A stretch of DNA of 64,000 nucleotides from Lama guanicoe (GCA_013239625.1 MU056029.1:124001-188000), one strand, 5' to 3'. Positions 23,720 to 38,871 are shown, counted from the stretch's first letter. Notes: generated by a model not told the origin, from the sequence alone. Translations and numbers: made by a program.

Positions 23720-26700
23720 CTAAAATACAAAACACCTCACTCAATTTTTTTTACACAGACAACTGGATAAATGACTTTTAAAGATAAAATTTTTTTCTAG
23801 AATTTATTATAAAAGCAAATTCATTTGTAATATTTATAAATATCCAAAAACATATCAAGCAACAAACACCCCTCCTGCTGTTGCCAGGATGCATGGGAAG
23901 ATGGTTAGGCAGGCCCTGCGGCCTGAGCACTGTCAGCTGGCAGAAAACACGTTTCCCACTCATCCACAGAGCTTACTGCTTGCTATTTCTTACTCTTCCC
24001 TCCCTCCAAAAGGGCTGAAAATATCTGAGAACTGTCTGACTACATGCTTCTAATTCCTTCAGATACCTACCATAATTGAACTTTTAATTAAATTCCCTTT
24101 GCTGAGCATCTGCCATGTTAGGTACATACATGGGCAACTGCCCACTACTTCCTGAGCAGCAGCCTTGGACTCCTTTTGACCTGTGAGTCTTAGGTGTCAA
24201 GTTGCTGTATTAAAGAAGATGTTTTCGAAATATGTAGGACAATGCTGCCTGGAGTACAACAGGGCCTCAGTACATGGTGGGATTATTATTTCTTAAATCA
24301 AACATTTAATGTATCAAAACTTAACTGATCAAAAACCAAATTCTGAAGATTAAAGCACGCAAATAATCACTGTAAATTCTAACTTATTTGTACACTATGA
24401 GAGCATTTCTCAGTCGTACAGGAACTAAAGTCTTAATACATTTCTTTTTACTACATAGGAAGAAACCAAGTCCCCCAAATCAAGAAACCCTCCCAGCATC
24501 CTACAGGTTGATGGTAGAAAATGAATACACTGCACATCAATATTTGTTTAAAAAGTTAACAAAGTTTTAAGACCCTAAAGGACTGACTCTCAAGCTCTGT
24601 CCTAACACAGGACTACCTGAGGAGGCTGTAAAACCAGGTACTTACCTGATATGAACCTCCAGAGACTGTGATCGGTACATAAAACGGGAGTGCATGAATC
24701 TGTAGTTTTAACATACATTTCAGGTGATGTGCAAACCCCAAACTGAGAAACTTTGCCTCAGACTAGGAACACATCATCACAGAAGAAATATACCAAATCC
24801 ATGAGGATACAGGGTAAGTAACAGAAACTGTAAGCATCAGAAACGTTAGCTGCACTCTTTGCAAATTTAGCCAGCAGCACTCTTATACCAGACCTAGGGC
24901 CTTTATTTTATTCATATCGATGTCCCTCTTCAACAGAAGGCTCAATCTAATAATCTAAGAAGTGTTAAACTAATCACAAGAAATGCCTATACCATCTACA
25001 TCCACTTGTCCCTCTAACATTTTTCATTTATTCTTAAAGTAGTCCATCTGCCTACTCTCACTTTCTCTTCCCTCTCGACACACAAACATGCATGTATTTA
25101 TTATTGCATCTGTCATGTCCTTTATCTCCTCTCCAATAGCCTACTTCCTTCACCTCCTTCTAACCATAAGTCAAACAATTTCACAGACTACCTTTTCTAT
25201 CACTTTTTTATTGCGTCCACTCAGCAATCCTGTTCTCCTTTACGCCATGTTTACGGTGTCAAATTTATCTGAAAGCTACTCGCTAAAACTTGTTTTGTAT
25301 ATCTGTAAATTTCACAACTAACAAGACTATTTCAGTAATTTTCTTGCTTAAATTTTCCTGTCTTTTGGCTCTCCTCATTTTAGTCCATTTTGCAGTCAGA
25401 CTAAAATTTTTAAATACTGCTTTCATATAGTATTCTCAGCATAATTCTCTCAAAACCATTAACTCTTTACTGTGCCATTTCCTCATTCTCCTCCAACTAC
25501 CAGAAAGACCTGAAAACCATGAGCTCAGATACTAACATACAAAACCTTTAATATACTGATATTTTCTTGCATAAGTCATCATTCCTGTACATTCCAAATC
25601 CTATGGCTCCTTAATCTACTTTATTTCTGCAGCATTTTACACTGCCAACCTCTTCTCACCTCTCCTTGCTTCCATAATGCTGTCCGTCCTTGTGTTCTAC
25701 CTTTGACAGCAACTAGGTCTTCTGCTAGTTCATCCTCCTACCCCTCATTCATAGCCACTCTCCAAGTTTCTATTACTAGCCCCTTTTCCTAACCTAGAAA
25801 TTTTCTGAGCAATGTCATCATTCATTCCTACAGCACCTCTCTATACTTAGGATCCCCAACTCCACATCATTAAGCTTCTATCTCTTAAGTTATAAGCCTG
25901 CTACTTTCAATTACCAATGGTACACCTGCACTTGGACGTTTCATTAACATCTAAAAATCAAACACAATTATTTCCCAAAATACTCCACCCTGAATGTGCC
26001 TAAATCTTGTTGTCCTAGTTACAGACTGAAAAACAAATGGTGCCATTCTTTATTTTCTCCCTCTTATTTTTATTTAGCCTAACCACTGTTATGGGTTGAT
26101 ACTTGTTAACCTTCAAATTCTTAATAGTCATTCATTCAAAGAATGTCTACTAACTAAGACAAATACAGTGTTATATGTCAATTATCTCTCAAGTTTTTAA
26201 AAATGTCTACTAGATTTTGAATGCCTACGAAGTGGATGAAAACAGTGATAAAGAAACCAGACACTTAATTACTTCCCTCCTCTAAAAAAGAGTAAAAAAA
26301 AAGTACCAACAACAACGAAAAGAAATTAGACAAACGCTTATCTCCATGTGATGGGAGAAATGGGCACAAATACTCAAAACCACAATAAGTTAGGTAACTG
26401 CAATTCACAGTTAAGTGCTGTGAAGAAGAATCTAGATAAGGTAAGTGCATACAGTATTCTGACTTAGCCTAGGAAAAGGGAAAAACGTTCTTCATGAGAT
26501 AACATAAACTGAGCATTAAGGCATGAGCAAGGTTTAGCAGGCACACTGAGAAAACCCTTGTGAGGTAAAGGTATCACTATTGGTCCAGTCACCCAAACTG
26601 AAAATTCTGAGTCATATTCTAAAGAGAACACCCCCTCTCTTTCCAGTACAACAAACTGTTCACTCAGTGCTATTAATTCTACCTCAGAAATTCCCCCACA

Positions 26701-28240
26701 CTCCAACACTTCCCCCAATAATTCCTTTGCTGGCTTTTAATTGCTTTCAGAGTAACATTTCAGATGAAACTACACAATCTGGCCAAAACCTGCCAGTCCA
26801 GCCTCCTCTCAGACTAGACCACGCTTTTAGAGAACATATTTATCATTCATTTTCACACTTTCATTGCTTAAAAATGTTCACAGAATAAACTCACAGGATA
26901 AACATCCTACAAAAGAGGAACATTTTCTTAGGTGACTTGCTTTAGGTCAATTTAACTAGTAAATACAAGCTTAGGATTCAAACCCACCTTGTTAGATCGT
27001 GAAGGCCATCCTCCTTCTCTTGTACACTTCTTATACCCAAATCCTGTGAATTCTATCTCTGAAATATCTCTTGCATCCTTCCTCTCCCATGCATACCAAC
27101 ACTGTCATATTATAGATGTAATCTCATTTTCACCTAATTTCCCTTTAACTCTGCTGCCTTCCTAAAATCCCAAATTTGGCCATATCACTCTCATACTCAA
27201 AATCTTCTATGCTTTCCCAATGCCCAAAGGATAAATTTCAAAGTCCTCATAGCACATGAAGCCCTTGCAACAGACCCCACCCATTCATACAAGCCCTACT
27301 GCCACTATATGACATCATTACCAGGTACCTGATGATTTAGTCCCATCACTGGATTATAGGCTAACATATACTGGCCATCTGTATTTCTGACTTCAGTACT
27401 TTTGTTTCTCAAGACACTTCACTCAGAAACACTTCTCTATCCTTTGCCAACCTTCATCTTGTGTTAAAAAATTTCACACCCTGTTAAAAAATGCTACTCA
27501 TTCTACAGGCTGTATCTCACAGAGCTCTCTAACCTCTTCTATAAATAACCAGTCTTCTCTGTGTCGTACTGTATGTTCCTAATACTATAAAATAATTCAT
27601 TAGTTTCCACCCTTTATTATTTTATACCTTACATTATAACTATCTGTATGCATTTCTCAGTGCTTTTAATTGTCAGCTGGTTCAGAGTAGAGCTCATTTT
27701 ATCCATATTTTTATTTTCATAGTAACAGAGACTATGTTTTCTTGAAAAACTTTCTCTTTAAAAGAAAAATAAACAAAAGGAATCAGTATTCATGGTCTGA
27801 CAAAGGATTTTGAACTAGCTCCAAATCACGGATGAACAAACAAGGGAATCCTTTACTTCCAAATTAACACAAATTTAACCCAATGTTAATTTAACAAAAG
27901 TTAATTTTGTTAAACATGTAAGATTAAACAAGAATATTTCATTTTCTGAAAGAACTATGTCTCTCTTCCAAGAAACTTCTTCTACCAGGCACTAAAGAAT
28001 AGATCATTAAACAGTATAATTAAAATCAGTACAATCCCTTCAAAAAATTTTGACATTATCTACTACAACTAATGTATGCACACCCTCTAGCTGAAAAACT
28101 CCACTAAGGACACAAACAGAAACGAGTACATATGTTCACTAGAAGACACTTAGTGGAATATCTGGAGTAGCAATATTCTTAGTAGCCCCAAACCAAAAAT
28201 GACTAAAATGTCCATCAACAGCAGAATGAAAAACGAAATA

Positions 28241-28461
28241 CAGCTGACCCTTGAACAGGAGGTTTGAACTGTACAAGTTCACTTATATGTAGATTCTTTT
28301 TCAGTAAATACATTAATACAGTACCACACTATCTGCAGTTGGTTGAATTCACAGACGTAGATGTATACAGCTCGAAGGGCCACCTATAAGATTACGTGCA
28401 AATTTTCAACTATGCAGGGGGTGGGCACCCCTAACCCCCAACACTGTTCAATGGTCACCTG
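28241..28461. mobile_element. Tigger-family MITE (MER8/Tigger2-like) inserted in an L1ME-type 3' end (about 28030-28760)
   Basis: TIRs cagctgacccttgaaca / tgttcaatggtcacctg with TA on both sides. Confidence 0.85.
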
Positions 28462-29039
28462 TACTACACAGAAATTATAAGCAACCAAGTATAACAATGT
28501 GGATGAATCTCACAAATACATTATGTGAGAGAAGCCAGATACAACAAAATGTGATTGATTCTAATTATATAAAAATATAAAAATAGGAAAATCTAACCTA
28601 TACTATTAGAAGTCAGGGCAGTGGTTACTCCTGGGGTAAGAGAGGTAGTGACAGAGAACACAGGGGCTTCAGAGGAGCTGGTCTTGTTTCCTGATCTGAA
28701 TGCTCGCTAAACACATGTGCTCTGTCTGTGACAGTTAACAAGCTATGTGCACACCTGTAAGTATTTAAGTGTGCCACTTGGGGGTCCTTTCAAGTTTGCT
28801 ACAATATATATTGAACTGCACATGAGTAAAGTGAAAAACTACCTGAAGCTGAGGAAAGATGCACTGTGAGCTGAAATATCCCCAGTGCTTATATAGGACT
28901 GGGAGATTCCTAAGCTCCTCCCAGTCAGAGTGAAGAGAATACGCTGACACTGGGGACACGTACTTGGTAGAGAACTAAGAAGGTTCTTATCTTTGTACTA
29001 GCTACTAGCCTTAAAGTAAAGCCTTCTCCTGATACATCT

Positions 29040-30420
29040 AATACAGCCTTGAAGGGATCAAACTGACCAGCAAGTTACTTAAGTTGCTGCCAAAACAAAG
29101 TTCAACATTCTACAAGGCCACAAAATCCAGTCACTCAACAACAGACTATTACAATGTTCAGTAGCCCAGAAGAAATTACTAAATACACAAACAGGAAAAT
29201 ACAACCCATAACCAATAGGAAAACCAATCAATAGACCCTGAAGTTAACGAATTGACAGAATCAGTAGACAAGAACTTTCAAATAGCTACTATAAATATGC
29301 TCAAGGATTCAAAGGAATACATGAACACAAATCAAATGAAACTTGTAGAAATACAAACTAAAATATCTCAAAGTATTTGACAGTGCAGGGGAAAAAAAGA
29401 ACAATGAAATACAAGACAGAGTAAACTGAAGCAAAGAGACAAAAAAAAACCCCTAAAAATTTGTTAACAACATGAAGATAATATCAAATAATCTAACATT
29501 ATACATGTAATGAGAATCCCAGGAAAAGAGGGTAGGAGTATAGGAGGAAGAGAAATGACTTAAAAAAATACGCATGAAGAAATCTGATGAAAACAAACAC
29601 ACAGCTAAACACAGCTAAAAACACAAAACCAGAAACTCGATAAATCCAAAGCAGGATAATCACAAAGAAAACCTGTGACAAAGGGAAAAATCTTAAAAAG
29701 AAGCCAGAGGGGGAAAAAAAGACTAAGTACAGAGAAAGAAAGATAAGGATAATCAGACTTCTCATCAGAAAAAAATGCTTAAAGAAAAGTACGTCAACCT
29801 AGAATTATATACCAAGTGAAAATATCCTTCAAAATATGAAGATAAACTGCTATACACCTACCAGAATGACTATGTCAAAAAGACTGATGGCCCCAAATGC
29901 TGACAAGGATGTAGAGCAACTGGGAATTCTCCAAATTGTTGGTATGAGTATAAAACAAAACCACCAATTTGAGGAAGATATCTGGCTACTATCCTATAAC
30001 CTAAGTTGCACTCCTAGGTGTTTACCCAACAGAAAAGAAACCACATATAGCCACACACAGATGTTCACACAATTGTTCACTGCAGCTTTTTTACAACGGC
30101 TAGGAACTGAAAATAGCTCAGGTGTCCCCTAGTAGAAGAATGAAGTTACAAACTGCTGACATATGCAGTACCATGGGTGAACCTCAAAAAAGCACTATGC
30201 TGAGTAAAAGAAACTTCAAACAAATAATTACTATAATACTATTTATATGAAATTCTAGAGCAAACTATTCTAGGGTGGACGTGATCAGAGAACAACGATT
30301 GATTTGGGAGTGAGTAACGTTGGGGAAGTAAGACTTAAGAAGGGGTATAGGTTCCTAGAACTTGATAGTACTCTGTGCTGCAAAGGTGTATGCATTTGTC
30401 AAAATTCATGGAATGGCATA
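29040..30420 (+). mobile_element. Old L1 fragments: ORF1 region joined at about 29836 to an L1 3' end
   Basis: gtcaacctagaattatataccaagtgaaaatatccttcaaaa (ORF1) followed by L1 3' motifs. Confidence 0.7.
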
Positions 30421-31021
30421 TGTGGCAAATTGTATTTTCTAAAGATGGCCAACCGCAATATATCCCTTTCCACATGCTCTTCTTACAAAGTAACACTGGC
30501 ATTCTCCCATCAGCTAGCTGGTGGGGTCTATGCCTTCCCCTTAAACCTGAGTAGCTTCTGTGACTCTTTCAATCAGGAGTATGGTGGTAAGACGTGCTCT
30601 GTGACTTCTGATGCAAGGTTACAAAAATGCCATGATGCACTTCTGCCTTGCTCTGAGATATTCACTCTTGGAATCTAGCCACTATACAGTGAGGAAGCCA
30701 GCCATGTGGCAATGAAGTCAAGCAAACATATATAAAAGCAACACGTTAAGTGTTCTAGACCAGAGCTCCAGCTGAAGTCCTGACACCCAGCATCAACATC
30801 CAGACATGTGAACAAGCCTTCAGCTGATTCCAGCCTCTACTCATCCAATCAAGTCACTCCAGTCATCAAGCCTTCCAGCTGACAGGCTTGAAGCAAAGAC
30901 AATCTATCCTTGTCAATCTCCGCCCAAAGTACAGATTCATAAGCACAATAAATAACTGCTATTGTTTCGGGGTGCACTAAGTTTGGGATGATTTGTCATG
31001 CAGCAACAGATAATCACAACA
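30421..31021 (+). mobile_element. MLT1-type solo LTR (ERVL-MaLR)
   Basis: TG...CA ends; tgtggcaaattgtattttctaaagatggcc...cactaagtttgggatgatttgtcatgcagcaacagataatcacaaca. Confidence 0.8.
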
Positions 31022-31079
31022 ATATACTAAATTCTGTTAAATGCAATATACTAAATTCAGTTGAAAATACGAAATTTCT

Positions 31080-31563
31080 TTTTTGTTTGTTTTATTAAAG
31101 CACAGTCAGTTATAATGTGTCAGTTTCTTGTGTACAGCACACTGTCCCAGTCAAGCATATATATATACATATATTCACTTTCATACTCTTTTTCATTATA
31201 GGTTATTACAAGATACTGAATATAGTTCCCTATACCATACAGAAGAAATTTGGTTTTTTAAAATCTATTTTTATATGTAGTGGCTAACATTTGCAACCCT
31301 CAAAACTCCCAAATTTCTCTCTTCCCACCTCCTTTCCCCCGGTAACCATAAGACTGTTTACTGTCTGTGAGTCTGTCTCTGTTTTGTAGATGAGTTCATT
31401 AGTGTCCTCTTGTTCTTTTTTTTTTTTTTGATTGCACATATGAGTGATATATGGCAATTTTTTTTCTCTTTCTGGCTTACTTCACTTAGAATGACGATCT
31501 CTGGGTCCATTCATGTTGCTGTAAATGGCATTATTTTATTCTTTTTTATGGTGGAGTAGTAGA
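31080..31563 (-). mobile_element. Younger artiodactyl-type L1 3' end
   Basis: Reverse L1 3'UTR; degenerate TSD aaaatacgaaatttct / aaaatattaaatttct. Confidence 0.85.
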
Positions 31564-31799
31564 AAAATATTAAATTTCTAAGTTTTAGCTGACAATATGA
31601 AGTTAAGGATGAGGTAAAAACAACATCTGCAACTTTGAAAAACATGAAAAATAAGACAAATAGACAGACATGAGACAAAATAAATATAGCAAAATGTTAA
31701 CTGTAGACTCACACTTTACATCATTTCACATCTGTAAGTTTGAAAATTTTCCTAATAAAATGTTGAAGAATGAAATAACAGCATGTTTACAAATAGAAG

Positions 31800-34700
31800 C
31801 TGAAAGTGTTTTCTGGCCAATAGACGTGGTGCTTTAGAAATTTTTTAATTCTTCAAGTAGAAGGAAAATAACACCAGACAGAATGCTGGGTCCACATAAA
31901 GAAAATCTACAAAGGAAAAGAAATGAAAATGGCAAACATGAGCATAAACATCAAAGAGTGTTGCTTCTGGTTTTTAAATTCCTTTATAAAACAACTGACT
32001 GTCTAAAGCTCTGTTGTGGAATGTATAACTTACACAGAAGTAAAATGTAAGACTACAATAGCAAAAAGGATTAGGGAAGGTAAATGAATTTACAATGCTC
32101 TAGAATTCTTACATTATATGCGAAGAAGAGGTCTAGTATTTTTGAAGGTAGTCTAAGGTAAACTAAGGTGCATATTATACATATGAATGCAACAACTGGA
32201 AAAAATAAAAATATAAGCTAAGAGCGGAAATAAAACAGACTTCTAAAAAAATGTTCAATCCAAATGGAAAAGAAAATAAAGTATAGATAGAACAACTAGA
32301 AGACAAATAGTAACTCCGTAGTCTTAAACCCAAACATACTGACAACTACAATAAATATAAATGGACTGAACACTCAAAAAGCAAAGACTGCAAAGAGATG
32401 CAACTACACACCATCTAAAAGACATATTAAACATATTGACAAGTTAAAAGTAAACACAGCAAAAGATATAATATGCAAGCTCAAATAATAAGAAAGGAGG
32501 AGTGACTATACTAATACCAGACAAACACAACTTTAGGATAAGGAACATTACCAGAGAACAGAGATATTTCTGTTGATAAAGAATCAGTTCACCAAGGAGA
32601 TCTAACAATTCTAAATGTGAATGCACGAATTAACAGAACTTGAAAATACATAAAGCAAAAATGAACAGAACTGAAAGAAAAGATAACAAGTTCACAATCA
32701 TAGTTGAAAATTTCAACACTCTTCTCTCGTTAATAAGTACCAAAAAAAAAAAAAATCCATAATGATACAGAAGAAACACGTATCTGTCTAAAAAAGGATT
32801 TGTATCCTGAAAAGAAAAATACATGAAAACCTCAACATCATTATTCATCAGGGAAGTGTAAATTAAAATCACAATGACAATTCACATTCATTATATGGCA
32901 ATTAATTTTTAAAAATAATAAGATACTAGCAAGGTATTAGTAAGGATGTGAAGAAACTGGAACCTTTATTGGAAGGTAAAATGGTACAGCTGCTGTGGAA
33001 AATGGTATGTTGGTTCTTCAAAAAAAACTAAACATGGAATTCCTGTATGACCTGGCAATTCCATCTTCAGGCATATACCCCAAAGAACTGAAAGCAGGGC
33101 TTGATGAGATCTATTTGTACACCCATGTTTATAGCAGCACTATTCACAGCAGCCAAGGAAGGAAGCAACCCAAGTGTCCATCAATGAATGAATGGTTAAA
33201 ATGTGCTGTATACACACAATGGAATATTATTTAGACTTAAAAAGGAAGGAAATTTTGATATATGCTGTAATATGGGTGAATCTTGAGGACATTATGCTAA
33301 GTGAATTAAGTCAGAAAATCACATATCATATGATTCCACTTACATGAGTACCGAGAATAGTCCAATTCATAGAGTCAGAAAGTAAAGTAGTGGTTAAAAG
33401 GGGCCAGAGAAAGGGGGATGAAATTGGGAGGTACTGTTTATGGGTAATAGTTTCAGTTTAGGACAATGAACAAGTTTCAAAAATGGATGAGTAATGGCTG
33501 CACAATGTGAATGTATTTTATGCCACTGAACTGTGTAATTAAAAATCATTAAAATAATAAATTTTATGTTATGTATATTTCACTACAGTTAAAGAAAAAG
33601 AAATTGCAATGGGAAACTACTACACACTCATCAGAATGTCTGCAATTTATCTGAAAGTATCAAATGCTGACAAGAATTTGGAAGAAACGGAACTCTCACA
33701 CAGTGCTGGTGAGAAAGCAAAATGGTATAACCATTTGGAGAAGTTTGTCAGGTCCTTACAAATTTAAACATAAAATGACCACATCCAGTAATTCCAATTT
33801 AAGGCCTTTATCCCAGTGAAATGAAAATACATTCACACAAAGACACACATGCAAAGAGTACCTTTATTCACAACAACCGAAAACTGGAAAAAATCTAAAT
33901 GTTTAACCAAAAACTAAATTAGTGATAAACACAAAAAGGAGGAATCTCAACTACATACTAAGTGAACAAAGCCAAACAAAGAAAAATATAGACTATATGA
34001 TTCCATTTAAATGCAATGCTAGATAAATAAGTTGCTTCTGTATAGCAGAGAGAACTATGTTCAGTATCTTGTAGTAACCTATAGTGAAAAAGAACATGAA
34101 AACAAACATATCTATGTATATGTATGACTGAAACATTATACTGTACACCACAAATTGACACACTGTAAACTGACTATGCTTCAACAACAACAAAAATGCA
34201 ATGCTAGAAGAGGCAAAAGTAATAAACAAGTCAGTGGTTGCCTGGAGCCAAGAGGGAGGAATGGGACATGAGGGGATTTTGCAGGGTAATTCAAATATTC
34301 TGTATCTTGATTGTGGTGGTAGTTAGTGTACACATGTGTCAAAATACATCAAACTGTACACTTAAAAAATGGGTGCGCTTTACTGGATATAAATTATACT
34401 TCAATAAAAAGATTTTTTTCTTAGTTTATGAAAACTTAGTATATAAAAAGATGGCATTTTACATCAGTGGGGAAAGGATCCCTTAGGTGGTCTAGAGAAT
34501 TGGCTGCCCAAGTAGAAAAAAATAAAAGGTAGGTATTTTTCACCATATCCAAAAATATGCCAAATGCAATCCAGATCAAAACCTAAATCATACAATATTC
34601 AAAAAATATGCCTAATGTACTGATCTAAATCTATAAATCTAAACCTATAAAGTAATCTCATAAAAGTGCTAGAAAATATGAGATTATTTTGGTATCTTTA

Positions 34701-35200
34701 TAAGCATGCTAAAACTCAGAAGCCATAAAAGACAGATTCAACTATACCAAAAAATTTTAAATTCATGACTAGATACTATAAAATTAAAAGATGAGACCAA
34801 TTTGCAAATTATAATAAATGATTAATGATATACAGGGTGCCTATAAATAAGAGTAAAAAAACAAAGAACATAACAGAAAATGAGCCCAAAAATCCTGGCA
34901 GTTTTATAAAGCTGTATTTAAACATTCAAATATTGGAAAAGACTTTATTTATACATAAAATAAATAAGCAATGAGGTAAATTGGCAGTCTCGTACATTGT
35001 GTTGGGAATGAAACTTGCTCAGAAAGATTTTTTAAAGAGTAATTAGCAATAGCTATCAAATTTTTAAGCTGATACAGCCTCATGATCTAACAATCATATT
35101 TACAGAAATCTACCTTACAGAAATAATATATACCATTATTTGTAATAGCAAAAATTGAAAACCACCTAAATTCCACAGTAAAGAATTTCATAATACATTA
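31800..35200 (+). mobile_element. Stack of old L1 fragments (ORF2 start, two or more 3' ends)
   Basis: Repeated L1 3' motifs at about 32830-33600 and 33600-34410; ORF track 32995-33234 is L1 C-terminal-like. Confidence 0.8.
34024..34193 (+). mobile_element. Short young L1 3' end with a perfect 15-bp TSD
   Basis: aaatgcaatgctaga at 34009-34023 and 34194-34208. Confidence 0.9.
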
Positions 35201-35464
35201 TCAACTCTGAGTTAGTTCCTAGTTCAGCTCTAAAGACTGACAGAACTCATAAGATAATCTTCCATCTCAAGTTTATGTCAGGACATATGTTACATATTCA
35301 ACATTCTTTCTTGAGGTTTTTTTTTTTTTTTTTTTTTTTTTCCCCCCCCCCCGGATTTGCTCTTCCCCAGCCCCAGGCTGATATGGTAAAATTATCTGTA
35401 GTTATGTGGGCTGTGGCGTCATGCACACATTTAATGCAGTAATTAAAAAGTATTGTTTTGTATT

Positions 35465-36340
35465 GTGCAACTCCATTCTCTGAGTTTCTCTAGCCAAAAT
35501 CTCAATGTCATCTTTTACTCATCCCTTTACTTTACACTTACATCTGACCATTACCAAATCCTACGGGCTATAACTTGAACACATATCAATAGTTCAACTA
35601 CTTCTCATCAACCTCCTTGGCTCACCCTGTCCAACTCACCAGCATCACCTCCTATCTGTATTACTATAGTAGCCTATCAACTGGTCTCCTCATTCTGCCC
35701 TTCACCTCTTTCAGCCTATGCTCAACATGGCAGCCAGAGTGATCTTGCTAAAATGAAACATAAGTAAGACCTTCACTCCTCTGCTCAAAACCCTTAACAG
35801 CTTGCCACCTCACTCAGAGGTAAAAGGCAAACTTTTTATTATGACCAAATGATCTGTACCCTACCTACATTTGCTCTCTGACTCGACTTCCATCATCTAC
35901 TTTCCTAAGGCCACTCAGGCCACCTCACTTTTCCTCAAACACATCAGGCAGTCTCCCACTTCAGGGCTTCCATATTCACTACACCCTTTGCCTGAAATGC
36001 CCCCACCCCTCTTCATCCACAAAGCTAACTCTCTCATCTCCTTCAGTTCTTTACTCAAGTTACCATCTCAGTGAGATTTTTGTTGGCCACTCAAATTTAC
36101 ACTCAGCTCCTCCACCTCCAAATACTTTATATCCCATTTCCTTTATTTTCTCTCCTGAAAAGCACTAAGTAACACAGTATCTTTTACATTATCTTGTTTA
36201 CAGTCTTTTCCCTTACTAAATATAAGTTCCAAGAAAACAAGAGTTTTGGTGGATTTTCTACACTGCTGTCCCCACTAGCACCTAGAAAAATACCTATGGC
36301 ACAGCAGGTACTCAATAAGCATTTGCTAAGTGAATGAGGT
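35465..36340 (+). mobile_element. L2 LINE 3' end
   Basis: gcagccagagtgatctt...ggcacagcaggtactcaataagcatttgctaagtgaatga. Confidence 0.88.
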
Positions 36341-36439
36341 AGATGCACATATAGCCATTCATATAGTGGAAAAGATTTCTATAACTTATTGTTAAGAGGA
36401 AAAAAACAAGTTGTACAGAATACAAGTTCAGGACAAAAA

Positions 36440-38165
36440 TCCATACACATGCAATGAATACTCTGAAAATAAAATTAAGAAAGAATGCCATTAGTAATAA
36501 CATTAAAAAAATTAAATTCTTAAGAATATATAACAAAGTATATTTCTTTTGAACAAAAGAACCTCAAGACCCGTACAATGAAAACTACAAAACACACACA
36601 CAAAATTAAAGATCTAAATAAATGGAAAGACTTCCCATGTTCATGGATTGAAAAATATAATATTAAGGTAGCAATACTCCTTAAACAGATCTACAGATTC
36701 AACAGAAATCTTATCAAAATCCCAGCGTCCTTTTCACAGAAATTGACAAGCTAACCCTAAAATTCATGCAGAAATTCAAGGAGTCCAGATAGCCCAAAAA
36801 GGAACAAGGTTTGAATATTCACATTTCCCAATTTCAAAACTTACTGCAAATCTACAGTCATCAAGAATTTGTGTTACTGGCTGAAGAACAGACATACAGA
36901 TCAATGGAAGAAAACTCAAGAGTCCAGAAATAAATTCTTAAATTTATGGTCAACTGATTTTCAACAAGGGTGCCAAGACAATTCATAAGAAAGAACAGTC
37001 TTTTCAACAAATGGTGCTGGGACAACTAGATATCTACAGGTAGAAGAATAAAGTCAGACCCTTACCTCACATAACACCATATGTAAAAATCAACTCAAAA
37101 CAGATGACAGACCTATAGGTAAGAGTTAAAACTACAAAACTCTTAAAGAAAACAGTTATAAATCTTTATGCCCTTGGTAAGGCAATGGTTTCTTAAATAC
37201 AATATCAAAAGCAACAAAAGAAAAACAGATAAACTGGACTTACCAAAATTTATACCTTGTGTGCTTCAGAGGAAACAATCATGAAATGGAAAAAAAAAAA
37301 ACTTACAGAATGGGGGGAAATATTTAGAAATCATATTATCTGAAAAGGGAATTGTATCCAGAACATATAAAAACACTTAAAAGTCAACAATAAAAAGAAA
37401 AATGACAATTTAAAAATCTCAAGGATTTAACTAGATCTCCAAAGACAGACAATCATCATTAGTCATTTAGCAAATGCAAACCAAAAAATCACAAAGAGAT
37501 ACCTTCACACTTACAAGACAGCTAAAATAAAGGACAGACAGTAAGTCTGGCAAGAAAGTAAAGAAAACAGAAGCTATCCTCATACACTGTGGATGCAATT
37601 TTAAAATGGTGCTGCCACTTTGGAAGAGTTTGGCAGTTCCTCAAAATGTTAAACAGTTAGCTATGACCCCGCAGTTTCACTCCTAGGTATGCCTCCAAGA
37701 GAATGAATATGTATGTCCACACAGAAGCCTGTATATGACTGTTTACAACATAATTCACAATAACCAAAATAATGAAAACAATTCAAAGTTGTCAACTGAT
37801 GACTGAATAAACAGTATGTGTATATTCATACAGTGTAATACAAATGAGTCTTGAAAATACTAGTTAAGTAAAAGAAGTCATACACAAAAGGACACATTTT
37901 ATGATGCCATTTATATGAAACATACAGAACAGGCAACCCACAAAGAAAGCAGATTAGTAGTTGCTAAGGGATAAAAAAAAAAAAAAAAGGAAAGAATGGT
38001 AAATGACTACTAACAGGTACAGGGTTTCTATTGGGGGATGATGAAAATGTCCTAAAATCAGATAATGGTGATGGCTACACAACTGAATATCCTAAAACCC
38101 ACTTTTTAAAAAGGTGGATTTTTATGGTATGTGAATTGTATATCAATAAAATTGGAACTTTTAAA
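36440..38165 (+). mobile_element. LINE-1 ORF2 3' half and 3'UTR
   Basis: aataaatggaaagacttcccatgttcatggattg; tcttttcaacaaatggtgctgggacaact. Confidence 0.92.
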
Positions 38166-38871
38166 AAAATGTATGGCGTGATTTTTTTAAAACCCCAGAC
38201 AGGAAAAAAGCTACAAGTATCTGTACTTATACAGATGTACTTGTTTGGTATCTGCCAGGCGTTTTTATGTCCTTCTACACACAAGTTTAGCAACTGTTAA
38301 GTTTTGGAACTGGCTGAAAAAGGAAAGAGGAAACTTTCAGTTCTTTTCATACTTCAAAAATACATCTTTTTTTCTGTATTTCTTTATTCTCAAAAATAAT
38401 TCTACATACCAACATTGAGGGAGCAACCAACCAACCACTAAATATAAGAGACTCTCTGAAATATAAAAGTGCTAGAATTTCTGGTTTTATGATTTATGGG
38501 AATAACCTAATATTTTAAATTGAGGCACATTTATACATAGGAGTAGAACTTTGGGATCACAGAGACTGTGTATTGGAAAAGAATCAAACTCGCTTTCTAA
38601 CATGACCCTTGGGCTTCAGCTCCCTTGGGGTTCTGTGAACATTTCCAAAAGTAAATAAAAACTATGCTGACTCAGTACAGATCTCAAGCATAATCTATGG
38701 AGATCCTTTAGAAATTCCAAATTACAAGAATTATTTCAATTTCCAGGCTTTAATGATATATTACTTATTCTAGTCAACAATTCTATGATCTGAAAACAGA
38801 AGCAATTGTGCCTCATACATAGTCCCCACTGACTAATTATTCTGAAATTTTCCTCTGAGTTCTTTTTGCAC

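Noticed and set aside
19863..27915. Short inverted repeats (aaccatgt/acatggtt at 19863; tttaacaaaa/ttttgttaaa near 27890)
   Set aside because: Stems of 8-10 bp are expected by chance in AT-rich DNA; no miRNA- or snoRNA-like features
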